Positions 19,824 to 31,547 of a stretch of DNA of 64,000 bases are shown here, one piece after another. The notes under the pieces are model-generated. The model saw nothing but the letters and a program-made list of their open reading frames with translations, ran no database searches and was not told the origin of the DNA. The stretch lies in IMG/VR virus record IMGVR_UViG_3300021401_000002, one strand, 5' to 3'. This DNA comes from an uncultured virus (IMG/VR IMGVR_UViG_3300021401_000002). Lineage: Duplodnaviria > Heunggongvirae > Uroviricota > Caudoviricetes. Position 1 is the stretch's first letter. Every line of letters starts with the position of its first letter. The position numbers and the translations under genes were made by a program.

Positions 19824-20576
19824 ATGAGCTACGGTCGCGATCACGAACCGCCGTTCGTCGAGCGTCGAAGAATGTCTCGTTCTGGGATTATGTGCAGCGA
19901 ATGCGGCAAGAGCGATGTTCCTTCTGTTGTCGTTTTCAACGTCACGGCAGCCGGTTCGGAAGAGAACTACGACGGCGAACACTCCGTGTGCAGAGCCTGT
20001 CTTGAAAACGCACTTGCGATGTTCAACGACCCGAACCTTGTCAAGACCAAGACTCCGCTCAGCACAGCGGAGAAGGCGGCACGGGCTTTTGCAACGGACA
20101 AGCACGGTTATCAGAAGTACGACTCCGGGACCGAGCCTTATGTCGTCCATCTTGCCGAAGTGCGAGACGTAGCCGTCGAGTTCGGATGGATGTCTACGGA
20201 GATGCTTCTCGGAGCTTGGCTTCATGATGTCCTTGAGGACACGACTGTGACGCCATCAGAGTTCGTGGAAGAGTTCGGCAGCGACGTCGGAAAGCTTGTG
20301 TGGGCGGTAACGGGCGTAGGCAAGAACCGCAAAGAGCGCAACGAGAGCACCTACAAGAAGATGGTTGAATACCCCGTTGCAATTCCGCTCAAGCTCGCTG
20401 ATCGCATCGCAAATGCCCGTGCGTCGAAGCAGACGAGCCCGGATGCGCTCTTCGAGATGTATCGACGTGAGTACCACGCGAGTTTCAAAGATCGTCTTCA
20501 GCGTGCAAGTGGCATGGACCCTCGCACGGTTGCGATGTGGAAGACGCTCGATGAGCTCTTTGGAGTTGCGTCATGA
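19824..20576 (+). CDS. HD-domain RelA/SpoT-type hydrolase (small alarmone hydrolase-like) with N-terminal Zn finger
   Basis: H..Q....EPY..HL, WLHDVLEDT, FG..V..LV.AVT, KLADR..N. Confidence 0.88.
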   Translation: MSYGRDHEPPFVERRRMSRSGIMCSECGKSDVPSVVVFNVTAAGSEENYDGEHSVCRACLENALAMFNDPNLVKTKTPLSTAEKAARAFATDKHGYQKYDSGTEPYVVHLAEVRDVAVEFGWMSTEMLLGAWLHDVLEDTTVTPSEFVEEFGSDVGKLVWAVTGVGKNRKERNESTYKKMVEYPVAIPLKLADRIANARASKQTSPDALFEMYRREYHASFKDRLQRASGMDPRTVAMWKTLDELFGVAS

Positions 20577-21601
20577 AATGCGCACTCGACCATTGTGAAG
20601 ATTTGGCTCTACCTGGTAGGGTTTCTTGCAAGTATCACTGGGAGACTCTCCAACTCAAATGTCAATGCGCGGCGATTATGGCTGCAGATTCGACAAGGCA
20701 TTTTCGCGGGTGTGTTCTGCGGGAGAAGTATTCCGACCACACATCAAAGGCGTTTACGTCGGATCAGCTCGCAGCGCTTCTCATTGGTGCGCAGATGAAG
20801 ATCCCGCGGTGCGAGATCTGTCCGCGCTTCGCTGTCGACTACGGAAGCATTGCACCGCACAAGCCGCCAGAATTTAGCCGTTCAGATACTTCATTCCGAG
20901 CGGCGTACTGCGATCAACACGGTGAGATCGATCCACATCGTTTTCACGGCATGCAGGCCATTTATAACGGACGAGAGCTTGCAATGCGGCTGAATGTGAC
21001 GATCTGGGGCGAGTAATGAAGCTTTATGTCGTTTCTACCGAAGTGGATGTGATTGTGCGCGCTGAATCTCCAGAGAAAGCACGTGAAGTTGCCGCCGAGC
21101 AGCGAGCCAGTGATCTTATGCAAAGCACTGTCGCCGCAGACTGGAATGCTATTGAGATGATGTGGCTTCCTGGCGATTGGGATTTGGATTGTCAGCCGTT
21201 TGAGAGCGTAGACGGTGACAATCACATTGGCGACAGCAGCATTCGCGAGTTGATAGAGGCTGGCGAAGCGCCGTGTTACTCCGCTCATCAGCGTTCTGCA
21301 GTGCTTGCAAAGCGACAAGAGGAGAAGAAGCCATGAGCGCCAAAGACACAATCAACCAGGTCTTCGATCATCAAGTTCCAGACGCGGAAACCGACCGCGC
21401 TCCGCGCGACGTGTACATGGTCAACGTCAACCAGTTCTCGGGATGCGTCTTCGTCAAGACGCACGAGTTCTTTCGCTCGCAAGGCGGGTTCACCGAGGAG
21501 GGCAAAAACTGGCTTCCGCTCATGGCAACGAGCATCGAGGACGCACGCGAAAAGGGTTGTGCGCTGCCCGGCGCAAAACCCTACGAAAGGCAGGCGAAGT
21601 G

Positions 21602-22255
21602 ATGAATGCGAACGCGAAGAAGGCAAAGACGTTGGCGGCGAAGCCGGTGCGCGAGTCCAAAGAGCTTGTTTCCGCTTTGCGCAAAGAGCTTCGGCGTCTT
21701 GTCGAAGACGATGCGCTAGGACACAACCTGGAACGAATCAGCATCATCTCCAAGCGCGCAGCGGACTTGGTGATGGCTTTGAGGTCTCCTGAGGAGACCT
21801 GGAAAAAGCATAAAGGACATCATCTCATTCCGTCGTTTGGTGTTTCGCCGAACGTTGCCGAAGAGTTCAGCTCGTTTGGCCCTTCAAGCTTGTATGGCTC
21901 TTCAAGTAGCATGATGCAAAATCCGCCAACGTCGATGGGCGTCGAGACCTACGGCAGCAGCGTCATCAAGCAGATCTTGCCAGCGCTCAAAGAGTACCAA
22001 CAGGCGATGAAGGAGACTCCGCAAGCACTCGTCGATGCCATCGCCACGGCTCGACGCATGGGCATGACCGACGTTGCGGCCGAGCTCGAAAAGAAACTCT
22101 GCGGGAAGTCACTTGACGGTGAGCGTCCCATTAGCTCGGACCTTGTCACCATAGGTGACTATCTTCCACCGAAGCCAAAGGCTGCAATAGGCCATGAGTG
22201 GTCAACCCCGGCGGAGACGAACGGCAAGTCGAAATCAAAGGAGACAGTTCCATGA
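21602..22255 (+). CDS. Hypothetical protein
   Basis: Stop/start-coupled ORF within the operon. Confidence 0.6.
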   Translation: MNANAKKAKTLAAKPVRESKELVSALRKELRRLVEDDALGHNLERISIISKRAADLVMALRSPEETWKKHKGHHLIPSFGVSPNVAEEFSSFGPSSLYGSSSSMMQNPPTSMGVETYGSSVIKQILPALKEYQQAMKETPQALVDAIATARRMGMTDVAAELEKKLCGKSLDGERPISSDLVTIGDYLPPKPKAAIGHEWSTPAETNGKSKSKETVP

Positions 22256-23202
22256 AACGAAAGTCTAATTGGAAGTGGTTCGTTCCGAGCTGGAACGGCG
22301 ATCTGCGTCTCGAACCTGCTCCCGGCGACTTGAAGAGGACGCGTCTTTCGATCGTCGATCCGACGCTGCACGAAAAAGAGGTTCTTGCTGCGCTCTCTCC
22401 GCTCTTCGTCCAGAAGAAGTGGCTCAAAGAGCCCTTACATGGGACGGACATCACTCAAGACGTATTACTCGATGCGCCGCTGGAGGTTGTGGGGCCGCTC
22501 TTCATCGCTGCGCTCAAGCCTGGTCCAGCCGTGCTCACCGCGGTTCGATTCAGCGGTGGAGAAGTCGAGGTTGTCGAGCACAAGCCTGTTGCGCCGCCTG
22601 TGTTGGCTGAGACAACGGCTGTAGCGACTACAGTAGCCATGGAAGAGAAGACCGAGGACAAGCTTGCCGAGGTCGCAAACAAAAAAGACGTCAAGGCCGC
22701 CGCGACAGTGAGTCGCCCGACGCCGAGTTGCCCAGATTGCATTCCTGGTTCGATCGCTCCGGCGCGCGAGGTCCTTCTGTCTTTTCTTACATCCGAGCAG
22801 CACGAGACTTGGAAGAAGGGCCGCTACGTCGTCGCGCAGGGCAACTTGACCGGGCACCGTTACATCATCGCTCATCGTCATTCGAAAATCGCTCAGAAGA
22901 ACACGCGCATCGCTTGGGACGCTGATGATTGCGCAACGCTTCACTTTCACAACTCTGCGCTGCCGCCTGAGGAAGAAGTGCTTTCGGCGATGCTCGTGCT
23001 CCAGCATCGCGAGCATTGGCTTCGGAACCAAGCCACATGTCTCATCGATGGTGGTGACGGGTTAGGAGATTTCCGACGATTTCATCACGTGTTCGACAAC
23101 CCCTTTGGCACGATCATGGATGGAGTGCCCGACGCGAACCTCACATGCAGCGTCGGCGCATACGCGATGTTTCTTGCGGAAGCCGTGGTATCTCTCCGAT
23201 GA
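22252..23202 (+). CDS. Hypothetical protein
   Basis: 316-aa ORF with ATGA overlaps at both ends. Confidence 0.7.
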   Translation: MKRKSNWKWFVPSWNGDLRLEPAPGDLKRTRLSIVDPTLHEKEVLAALSPLFVQKKWLKEPLHGTDITQDVLLDAPLEVVGPLFIAALKPGPAVLTAVRFSGGEVEVVEHKPVAPPVLAETTAVATTVAMEEKTEDKLAEVANKKDVKAAATVSRPTPSCPDCIPGSIAPAREVLLSFLTSEQHETWKKGRYVVAQGNLTGHRYIIAHRHSKIAQKNTRIAWDADDCATLHFHNSALPPEEEVLSAMLVLQHREHWLRNQATCLIDGGDGLGDFRRFHHVFDNPFGTIMDGVPDANLTCSVGAYAMFLAEAVVSLR

Positions 23203-23657
23203 CCAAACGCATCTACGTTGCCGGAGCCTCGGCACAAATTGAGCTGATCGAAAGGTACCTTTCCTGTTTGCGTGCGGCGGGCTGGACCATTACCGTGGAT
23301 TGGTGCGCTGCAGTGCGCCGAGCGGGGAACGTTGCCTCGCCTGACGATCCTGCGGTGCGACGTGCTGCAGCGACCGAAGATCTCAAGGGTGTTGCTACGG
23401 CCGATGTCATCTGGCTCGTACAGCCAGAAGGGTCTTCGACTTCGACAGGTGCATGGGTCGAGCTTGGCTACGCGCTTTGTGAGAGGGAGTATCGTCTTGC
23501 AACGGTCATGAAGATAGGCGAGTGCGTTACGACACCTCTTCACATTGTGGTGTCGGGGACGTCGCGCAAATGTATCTTCTCGGACCTCGCCGACTATCGT
23601 TTCCAGTCGCACGAAGATGCGTTCGATTTCATCAAACGGGATTTGGTGATAGCGTGA
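23199..23657 (+). CDS. Nucleoside 2-deoxyribosyltransferase-like protein
   Basis: IYVAG, DL.GV..AD, STGAWVELGYA. Confidence 0.8.
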   Translation: MTKRIYVAGASAQIELIERYLSCLRAAGWTITVDWCAAVRRAGNVASPDDPAVRRAAATEDLKGVATADVIWLVQPEGSSTSTGAWVELGYALCEREYRLATVMKIGECVTTPLHIVVSGTSRKCIFSDLADYRFQSHEDAFDFIKRDLVIA

Positions 23658-24076
23658 AAACCAAACGCATCCAAGTGACTTTGGAGATCGACATTCCAGA
23701 GAATTGGACCATCGGTGGCACCGAAGAATGGTTCGTGGCGAAGCTTCAAAGCAGTTCGAGGACGTGGAAGTCCAACGTCGAAGTCGGCGAACAGAGAAGC
23801 ATGAGGAGCGTCAACCGTGGACCGTGAAGAGTACCAACCCAATCTCATCAAGTGCTGGCTGCTTGCTTCACTGAGCGAGGACATTCCAACGTCAGAGATG
23901 CTTCGGCTCATATCCGCAGCGGAGACCATCGGTCCCATGATCGATCTGACAATGTGGATCGATCGGTCGAGCGCAATGACAGAGGACAAGAAGATCATCG
24001 AGGCGGTGGCAACGTTGGGCGCGGCGTTTCTCAAGCTCAAAGCCGAGCATCCCGAGCTTGCACGAGCGAGGCTCGC

Positions 24077-24586
24077 ATGACCGACGCGAAGAAGCCCAAG
24101 CCTCAAGTCATCGAGTGTCCGACGTGTCATGGCGCTGGAACCACGACTCGGCGCACTGTGGACGGCGAGGTCCCTGACGCCGAGTGTTGGAAGTGTCTCG
24201 GCATCGGCTGGATCACGCAGCTCCCGCACGCAGAAGGCGAGAGCATGACACGTACGACGATGCCCTCTCAGGTGGAGCAGGCGCAGGCTCGAGCGCGCGG
24301 CGATGGCATGCGGGCCGATCACACGGCGACGCTACCGAATTCGGTCTTCGACAATTGGCCTGGCGACAGGGACGGTCTCTACCGCTGGCTTTTGGCGAGA
24401 CACTACGGCGAGGCAGATTACCGGGACTTCGTGCGCACACTTTCGCTCAGTGATTGTGCCCAGATACTCGAAGGTTTTCAGTACCACGAGCAAACGTACG
24501 CTAAAGAGCTCGAAAAAGAGCCGCTCCATTACGTCGCACGCGGTCTTCGCGATGCGTGCCGAGCCCGTGTAAAAGGTCGGTCATGA
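24077..24586 (+). CDS. Protein with DnaJ-type CxxCxGxG zinc motifs
   Basis: CPTCHGAG and CWKCLGIG. Confidence 0.6.
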   Translation: MTDAKKPKPQVIECPTCHGAGTTTRRTVDGEVPDAECWKCLGIGWITQLPHAEGESMTRTTMPSQVEQAQARARGDGMRADHTATLPNSVFDNWPGDRDGLYRWLLARHYGEADYRDFVRTLSLSDCAQILEGFQYHEQTYAKELEKEPLHYVARGLRDACRARVKGRS

Positions 24587-25718
24587 GCGAGCATCGAACG
24601 TGTCGTCATCCTGATCGCGATTGCCCGAAGCTCATGTGCGGTTACTCGTTGCCGTGCCCACATCACACCATCATCGTCGACAAAGACGCGATACACATTC
24701 CGCTCGAATCAAACGCTCTCAAGTCCGAGTGCGCCATTCAACGCATGGGCGATATCGCCAAAGCGATACGAAAGTGAATACAGAGGAGACGTAAAATGAT
24801 GAGCTTTCGCGAAGAACTGTATTTGCAAATGCGTAAAGAAGTTCTTGCCAATCAAGCGCTCGGTGTTGCCGAAATGGCCGAACAGGTGCAAGCCGAAGCT
24901 TCAAGCTGCTGCGCAGTATGGGGTCACGAATTCGATGTGGCGTCGGATATGATGTCGACGATGGCGGCGATCATTCCGCAGACGCAAGGTGGCACTCCGG
25001 TCGTTTCCAATCGAAAGTGTAGCCGTTGCGGGCACGTTCCAAAGCCTGGCGAATTGAGGAGACTATGAGCGCTTCATCGGAATATGAGACGCCGCGTCAA
25101 CTGCTTGAGCGTGTGGAACTGAGTCGATCGACAGCGCTTCAAGTCTGCAAGCGCCTTCTTCGCGCCTATGGAGATGCAAAATGAGCGAGCTTCGCGGTCC
25201 GCCTAGGAGCGCTCGGATCGGTGGGCACGCGCGAGCGGGCCGTGTGCCAGTTCCGCCCGAGCTTCGCCGTGCGATCGTGCGGATGAAGAAGATGGATGCA
25301 ACGCGAAAGCTCCACGTGAGCGCGATCATGCTCGATGAGCTCCTTGCGCCCTATGGCGAAGTGCAGCCGTACATCCTCGAAAAGGTGACGCGTCTTCTCG
25401 TCGAGCTTGGCGAGTTGCCATCAATCGAGGAGCTGATCGCGAAGTCCTCTTTGGGGACGCCGGAGGTCACAGCGCTGCGCGCGCAGGCGCCGCGTGAAGT
25501 GGTCGATCAAGTGTTGAAAAAAGTCGGAGGCGGTCGGTGAGCGAGCTGTACGAAATCAAAACGAGGACGTTTACTGAAGCTATTGCGCGTCTTGTGGACA
25601 CGTTCAAAAAGCACAACCCCGGTATCGGAAAGTTTGAATGCACATGTCTTGATGGTTCGCGCGTACGGATTGTTATCGCGAACAATGACAAGCCAGTACG
25701 GCGAGAACGAGGCAGTCG

Positions 25719-26579
25719 ATGAGCGAGCGAAAGGTCACGATTCTGACAGGGGACCCGACCATCGAGGTCATCGCCCACATGAAGCTTACGACGACTGGCC
25801 TAGAGCGCATGGCGCGCTGGGTAAAAGAACATCGACCAGAGTGTCTGCCGGATGACTACAATAATTGGACCGATCTCTTTCCGCATAAGGAGATGAGTGA
25901 CGATTACAGTCCACGTAGTGACAACGAGCTGCTCGTCGAGCTTGCGGGTCGCAAGTGCTATGACTCATTCGGGCTCAAGGCTGGAAAGAGGACAAACAAG
26001 GAATACATCGCCAATACACAAGGCGGAGACATTCCACATTCGTCAATCATGTACCACGCGAAGATGAGCTTCTTTTTTGCCGGCATCTCGCGGCGAGTCA
26101 GTCACGAGATCATTCGCAACTACGTAGGTGCTGATCGTGACGAAGAAGGTTCGCCGTCGCAAGAGTCAACACGGTTCACGCATCACTACGGCTTCTTCAT
26201 TATGCCGCCGAGGTATTTGACTGATGTACCCGGCAGTCCCGCCGAGCTTCAAAGCAAATTCACGAATGCGATGCAAGCGTCTTATGACGCTTACCTCGAT
26301 ATCGTAGAAAACGAGGTGACGAATTATCAAGGCGGTTATGGAAGAATTCCTACCGGCATCGAGAAGAAGCGCATCTACGAAGCTGCGTCCTCGTTTTTGC
26401 CGCATCAGTCCGAGACGTCGTTCATCTGGACAACGAATCCGATGGCCATTGCAAAGTTTTGTCGCGAGCGCGACAACGAAGCAGCTGATCTCGAAATCCA
26501 ACGCTTCGCACGCAAGTGGAAGAAACTCTGCGTCAAGTGCTGGCCGAACCTTTTCCCCCATCCATGGATGCACGAATGA
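25719..26579 (+). CDS. thyX: Flavin-dependent thymidylate synthase (divergent)
   Basis: AGRKCYDS, H.S...H, GISR..SHE..R, SQES.R, EAA..FLP....T. Confidence 0.85.
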   Translation: MSERKVTILTGDPTIEVIAHMKLTTTGLERMARWVKEHRPECLPDDYNNWTDLFPHKEMSDDYSPRSDNELLVELAGRKCYDSFGLKAGKRTNKEYIANTQGGDIPHSSIMYHAKMSFFFAGISRRVSHEIIRNYVGADRDEEGSPSQESTRFTHHYGFFIMPPRYLTDVPGSPAELQSKFTNAMQASYDAYLDIVENEVTNYQGGYGRIPTGIEKKRIYEAASSFLPHQSETSFIWTTNPMAIAKFCRERDNEAADLEIQRFARKWKKLCVKCWPNLFPHPWMHE

Positions 26580-27044
26580 CTTCGAACGATGAGATCATGC
26601 GCGTCGGCAAGATGACGTGCGTTGCTGAAACGTTGAAGGCCATCCTCGTCGAGGGACCGCTCCGTGATGGCAAGGTGGGCCAGCTCTGGACGCCCAAATC
26701 CGTGCTCGCGCGCGGTAACAAGGTGCGCAAGGTTGGAGACAAGGGGATGTTCGTCGTGAAGAGCTGGTGGGGAGAGAAAGCGCTATGACATCTTCGATTC
26801 CGCCTACTTTGACGACTCCTGGTAGCACCATGATTCGTTGCCATGGTTGCGGCTTCAACGTCGAACCCGAAGAGGTCCGTGAAACAGACGAGTTCCATGA
26901 CAGGTGCACGACGTGTCGTCATTGTGAACAAGAACCCAAGCTCAAAGAGTCCTACAGGCGTGGCTTCAATGCCGGGCTCGATGCTCTTTCACAAGCCGTG
27001 ATGGAAATCGTTGCCCACTCCAATCTTCGAAAGCGTCCACCAAC

Positions 27045-28640
27045 ATGAGCAATCCGTACGATCCATTCGGACGAGGTCCACCGCGTTCGCCGTATCCCTA
27101 TCCACTGCCACAGCCAGGAATGGGAATAGGACCCAATCCAACCGACGGCCTGTTACGCGAGATCGAAGCGCTCAAGGCGCGACTCTCGGAGCTCGAAGAC
27201 CGAGGAAAGATCAAGACACTTTCAACAGTCATTGCGCTCGACTCGTTTAACGTCACAGTCGTGATGCAGGGCTCTCTCTACGAGATCCCGCTTTCTCTCG
27301 ATGACGATGAAAGTGCGTTCGACGCGACTACACGCAAGGTGAAGAAGGAGCTCATCTCGAAGCTCCACATCGGCGCTGTCGTGAAGGTCTATGTCCCGAT
27401 GGGGACAAACACGGCCGAAATCGTCGGCATCATGGAGACGCCGCTCCTTTTGGGAGCGTATGCGACCGTCAAAGAGGTGCTCGTTTCGCAGACCAAGCAT
27501 CGCGCGGGCGTCCTGCTTGTCAGCGTCAACGCAGATACACGCACGGTCATTTATTTCCTCTCGAAGAGCGAACCCAAAGCAGGCGACCGCGTCATCCTCG
27601 ACTACTACGGACTCATCGTGCAGCGGAACTTGGGCTCGCACGATGCGTCCCATGCGTTGGTAGAAGACACGAAGGTAACGTGGGACGACGTCGGCGGTCA
27701 GGAAGAAGCCAAGCGCGCTCTTCAGGAAGCCATCGTCGAGCCGGTGACGAAGAAGAAGATCTACGAGCGCTTTGGGATGCGCTCCTCGAAAGGCGTGCTG
27801 CTTCACGGTGCGTCGGGCACGGGCAAGACGATGCTCGCGAAGGCCGCAGCAACAGCTCTCGCAGAGCTCTACGGCAAGGAGTCGCGCTCGTCAGGCTTCA
27901 TCTACGTGAAAGGTCCAGAGCTACTCAACAAGTGGCTTGGAGAGACCGAAGCGAACATTCGTCGCATCTTCGCCTCCGCTCGAGAGCACAAGGAGAAACA
28001 CGGATACCCGGCGATCGTGTTCATCGACGAAGCGGACGCCCTCCTCGGTCGTCGTGGCTCGATGGGGCCTGGTTACGAGGGCATGGAGCGGACGCTGGTG
28101 CCGCAGTTTCTTGCCGAGATGGACGGCATGACCTCGTCGGGTGCGTTCGTGCTGCTCGCAACGAACCGGCCGGACATCCTTGACCCTGCGGTGGTGCGCG
28201 ACGGGCGTATTGATCGCAAGGTGCACGTCTCACGGCCATCTCAGAAAGACGCTGCTGCCATCTTCGAGCGGCTCTTACGTGACAAGCATCCTGTGACTGG
28301 GATGACCGGAGAGGATTGTGCAAGAGCACTCTTCAATCCGATGAGGGTGCTTTGGAAGGTGAAGATCAAAGCGAACAGCGAAGGACTTACACGAGAAGCG
28401 TCGTTTACGCTTGCAGATCTCGCGTCGGGCGCGATGGTGGCAGGCATCGTCGGTCGCGCAACGCAGCGAGCGATTCGCGCCGAGGCGAAGTACATTGAGC
28501 TCTCTCACATCGTCTCGGCTGTCGACGAGGTCGAAGAGGAGCAAGCGCAACTTGCCCACGATGCATCCGAGTTCATGGAAGGACTTGTCGGTGAAGAGGT
28601 GGTCTCCATCGAAAAGGCGAAACGGAGGACCTCGACGTGA
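27045..28640 (+). CDS. ARC/Mpa-like (proteasome-type) AAA+ ATPase
   Basis: Coiled coil plus OB-like N-terminus; GASGTGKT; VKGPELLNK; FIDEAD; TNRPDILDPA..R.GR.D; SGAM...IV.RA. Confidence 0.88.
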   Translation: MSNPYDPFGRGPPRSPYPYPLPQPGMGIGPNPTDGLLREIEALKARLSELEDRGKIKTLSTVIALDSFNVTVVMQGSLYEIPLSLDDDESAFDATTRKVKKELISKLHIGAVVKVYVPMGTNTAEIVGIMETPLLLGAYATVKEVLVSQTKHRAGVLLVSVNADTRTVIYFLSKSEPKAGDRVILDYYGLIVQRNLGSHDASHALVEDTKVTWDDVGGQEEAKRALQEAIVEPVTKKKIYERFGMRSSKGVLLHGASGTGKTMLAKAAATALAELYGKESRSSGFIYVKGPELLNKWLGETEANIRRIFASAREHKEKHGYPAIVFIDEADALLGRRGSMGPGYEGMERTLVPQFLAEMDGMTSSGAFVLLATNRPDILDPAVVRDGRIDRKVHVSRPSQKDAAAIFERLLRDKHPVTGMTGEDCARALFNPMRVLWKVKIKANSEGLTREASFTLADLASGAMVAGIVGRATQRAIRAEAKYIELSHIVSAVDEVEEEQAQLAHDASEFMEGLVGEEVVSIEKAKRRTST

Positions 28641-29220
28641 AGCACGAGCTTACGCAAGAAGAAATTACGACAGCCTGCAACGAGTACGTCTTGAAGCATC
28701 ATTATCCGTCCGGCACATGGGCAGTTCGGACTTCCGTTGATGCGGTTACGATCACGGACGCTTCACATGCCATCGGACCGCTCAAGCCAGAAGAGGTAGT
28801 GGGCAAGCCCATGATCTTCAGAATCGTTGTGGACGTGTCAGACGCTTCAAAGAAGGAACCGACATGAGCGATCCGTGCATTGTCTGCGGGAAGAAATCGA
28901 CTGGAGGACGAAGCGGCTTTGCTCTTTGTTTGGAGCATTGGAACGCGGTGAAGAAGGAAGAAGACGACGCAGCCAAGCGCGATGCTGATGCGAAGAGACA
29001 TGCTGAGCAGCGGAGATTCGCTCGCATCTATCCCGGTATTCCCATTACGGACAAAACCTCCTTATGAAGCTCGTCAAACAGCATGCGCTTCCTATTTTGC
29101 TCGGCGCAGCGACGGCGTTCGTGGTCGTCTACCTCATCGTCTATTGGTGATTGTCAATGGAAATCGACATCGAAACGAAAGAGTTCTTGCCTCTTCCGCG
29201 GAATCGGGCGAGAAGATCGA

Positions 29221-29793
29221 ATGCTAAATCTCATGACGTTAGCCAAATTGCTCTTGACGGCAGCCCCTATCCTCGACTACGAGCGGCCGGTTCGGCAACC
29301 TATTCCGCGACACGAGCACTCGGTCGGTGTCTACATCGGAGTCGACGACATCGCCCAAGCCGCGCTCGAGACCGACGATCCGGTGCGCTACGCGTCGATG
29401 CTCGATGTGCTCACGCTTCACGAATCTGGAGGACGACTGAGTGCAGTTGGGGACTCAGGAGCCTCGTGCGGTGTTGCCCAGTGTCCTTGTGCGGAGACGC
29501 CAGGTTTTGCGCGATGCACGGCGGACGAAGTGGACGATCATACGCGCTGTCATCACGGTTGGGCTTTCCACAATCGTCCAGGGCTTGCGCTCGCACAAGC
29601 TCGCAAAGCTATCCATATCTTGCAAACATCTGTGGGCAATTGCCCAGGCCACCCCATTTTCAGATATGCATCAGGGCAGTGTTCGTGGAGTCGTACAGCG
29701 TCTCTCTACGAGGTCGACGTCAACGCCGAGATCAACCAGCTCATGACCTCTTCAGTGCAGCAAGATCAGGAGACTGCTTCGTCGACACCGTAG
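29221..29793 (+). CDS. Secreted lysozyme/lytic transglycosylase-like protein
   Basis: Signal-like N-terminus; HESGG..AVGD.G.S.GV.Q. Confidence 0.6.
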   Translation: MLNLMTLAKLLLTAAPILDYERPVRQPIPRHEHSVGVYIGVDDIAQAALETDDPVRYASMLDVLTLHESGGRLSAVGDSGASCGVAQCPCAETPGFARCTADEVDDHTRCHHGWAFHNRPGLALAQARKAIHILQTSVGNCPGHPIFRYASGQCSWSRTASLYEVDVNAEINQLMTSSVQQDQETASSTP

Positions 29794-30741
29794 GTGCGGC
29801 GACATGACTTCTTCCTCATCGGCGCCGTCTCTTTCGGTTGAAAATCAAAAGCTCCACGAAGAGAACAAGGGATTACGCGCCACACTCTTGCGCTCGGAGA
29901 CGGAGCTCAAGCTCATGATAGAAGCCGTTACGCGTCTTCAAGAAGAGTCGACGTTGACGCTCGAGCTAGCTCGCATCTTGAAGAAACGTGTCGAAGAGTT
30001 GGAGTACGCTGCGCGCGATCTTGTGAACTGCGATGGCTTTACGGGTCTGACCACTTCGCCAGACGAAGTCATCCGTCACCTCAAGTCGCACATCGAGGAC
30101 CTCGCGGAGGTGCTGCGTGAAAAGTAGCGTCAGCTTCGTGCGTCTTTCGACGTCAGCGGCGCCATGTCTACGCCCGACGACACGCTCGAATCCGCTCCTC
30201 CTTTGCTCGTCCCGCTTTCTCTCGAGCAACGTGCCCAGCGATACAGAGACGCGCTTTCTTGGATCACTGAGAATGCTCATTGCATCGAGACGCGTAGGTT
30301 CGTGGCGAAGGTTCTCCGAGAACTTGAGGTTGAGCACGCCCAAAAGCCGCGATAGTCTGGCGTATGCCCGAACCCGAGCCCAAGCCCGAGCCCATGCCTC
30401 AGTCCTCGGATGCTTCCTCGTTTCCGCAGAACGAGGTTCCGACAACGCCGGGAACGCAGACCGGGAAGCGCGCAGCCGAGCGCCTTGCTGCGATGGAGCA
30501 CAAGCTCGACGTCGCGCTCGAAGAGATGCATCGGCGTGGCAAAGCACGAGCTTCAGCCGAGCGCTGGTTTCGCTACGTTGTCGTGCCTCTCGTCATCGCG
30601 CTGACGCACGTGCTGACACGGCTGTGGGTCGGGAAGTGAGCACCTCTTCACAGAGGGCGCGATGATCGATCATCTCATTGCCGTGATCGCAGTCGTTGCT
30701 ATTTTGAAGTACCTCTATCTTTTTGGTCCAGGAGAACATCC

Positions 30742-30990
30742 ATGAGAGGTCTGACTCCGACAGAGCGCGCATTGCTCGAACACGGGCTCGAATGGGAAGC
30801 GGGACCGCCGATGACCCATTACGAACAAAGGATTGCTGAGCGCCTCGTGCGAGAGGGTCGCGCGGTATGGGTTACCTATCCGCACCCAGACGATCCCACG
30901 CTCGAGGACGTCGATGTGCTCACGTGCACGCCTCTCGGAGAGAAAGCTCTTCGTCTCTGGAATCTTCTTCGAATGAAGGTGCAACTGTGA
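30742..30990 (+). CDS. Small winged-helix-like protein
   Basis: LTPTERALL...TPLGEKALR. Confidence 0.5.
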   Translation: MRGLTPTERALLEHGLEWEAGPPMTHYEQRIAERLVREGRAVWVTYPHPDDPTLEDVDVLTCTPLGEKALRLWNLLRMKVQL

Positions 30991-31547
30991 GCGCTCTTGC
31001 CTCTCCGCCTTCTGCGCTGCCCGGTCGCATCGAGCTCATCGACAACTGGTACGTCGTCTACGTCTTCCTCCAAGGCGTCGAGCGCCGCGTCGGGCGGTTC
31101 ATGCGGTTCGAGCACGCGGAGATCGCGCTGAAGAGGTACGGCACCATCCCTGATGGCTACTACGGGAATGCGTCCTTGAAGGGAGCGGCGCTCCGCGGTG
31201 CGAAAGCGAAGGCGCGAAGGGCGCTTGGACCAAAACCGTCAGCACCAGTAGCGTCGTCTCTGGAAGATGAAAAGCTCTAAGCTCTAATGGCTACTTACGT
31301 TGTAGAATTTGTGGATGAGCGACTAGGTACTATAGGCGCAAAGCATCCTATGAAAGTCGATGTCGACGCGTACTTTCCTAGTCAGGCGGCAAAGATATTT
31401 GGCGAGACTTACGATTTTGGAAACAGGGTCGAGAAGGTCATCGTTCATGTGACCGCGCCTGATGGGTCTACATCCGATCATGCGGTGCACATTCAAAAAC
31501 ATGTCTACGTTCAACCCGTGAATAGTAACGATTGAAGGTGGTACGAA

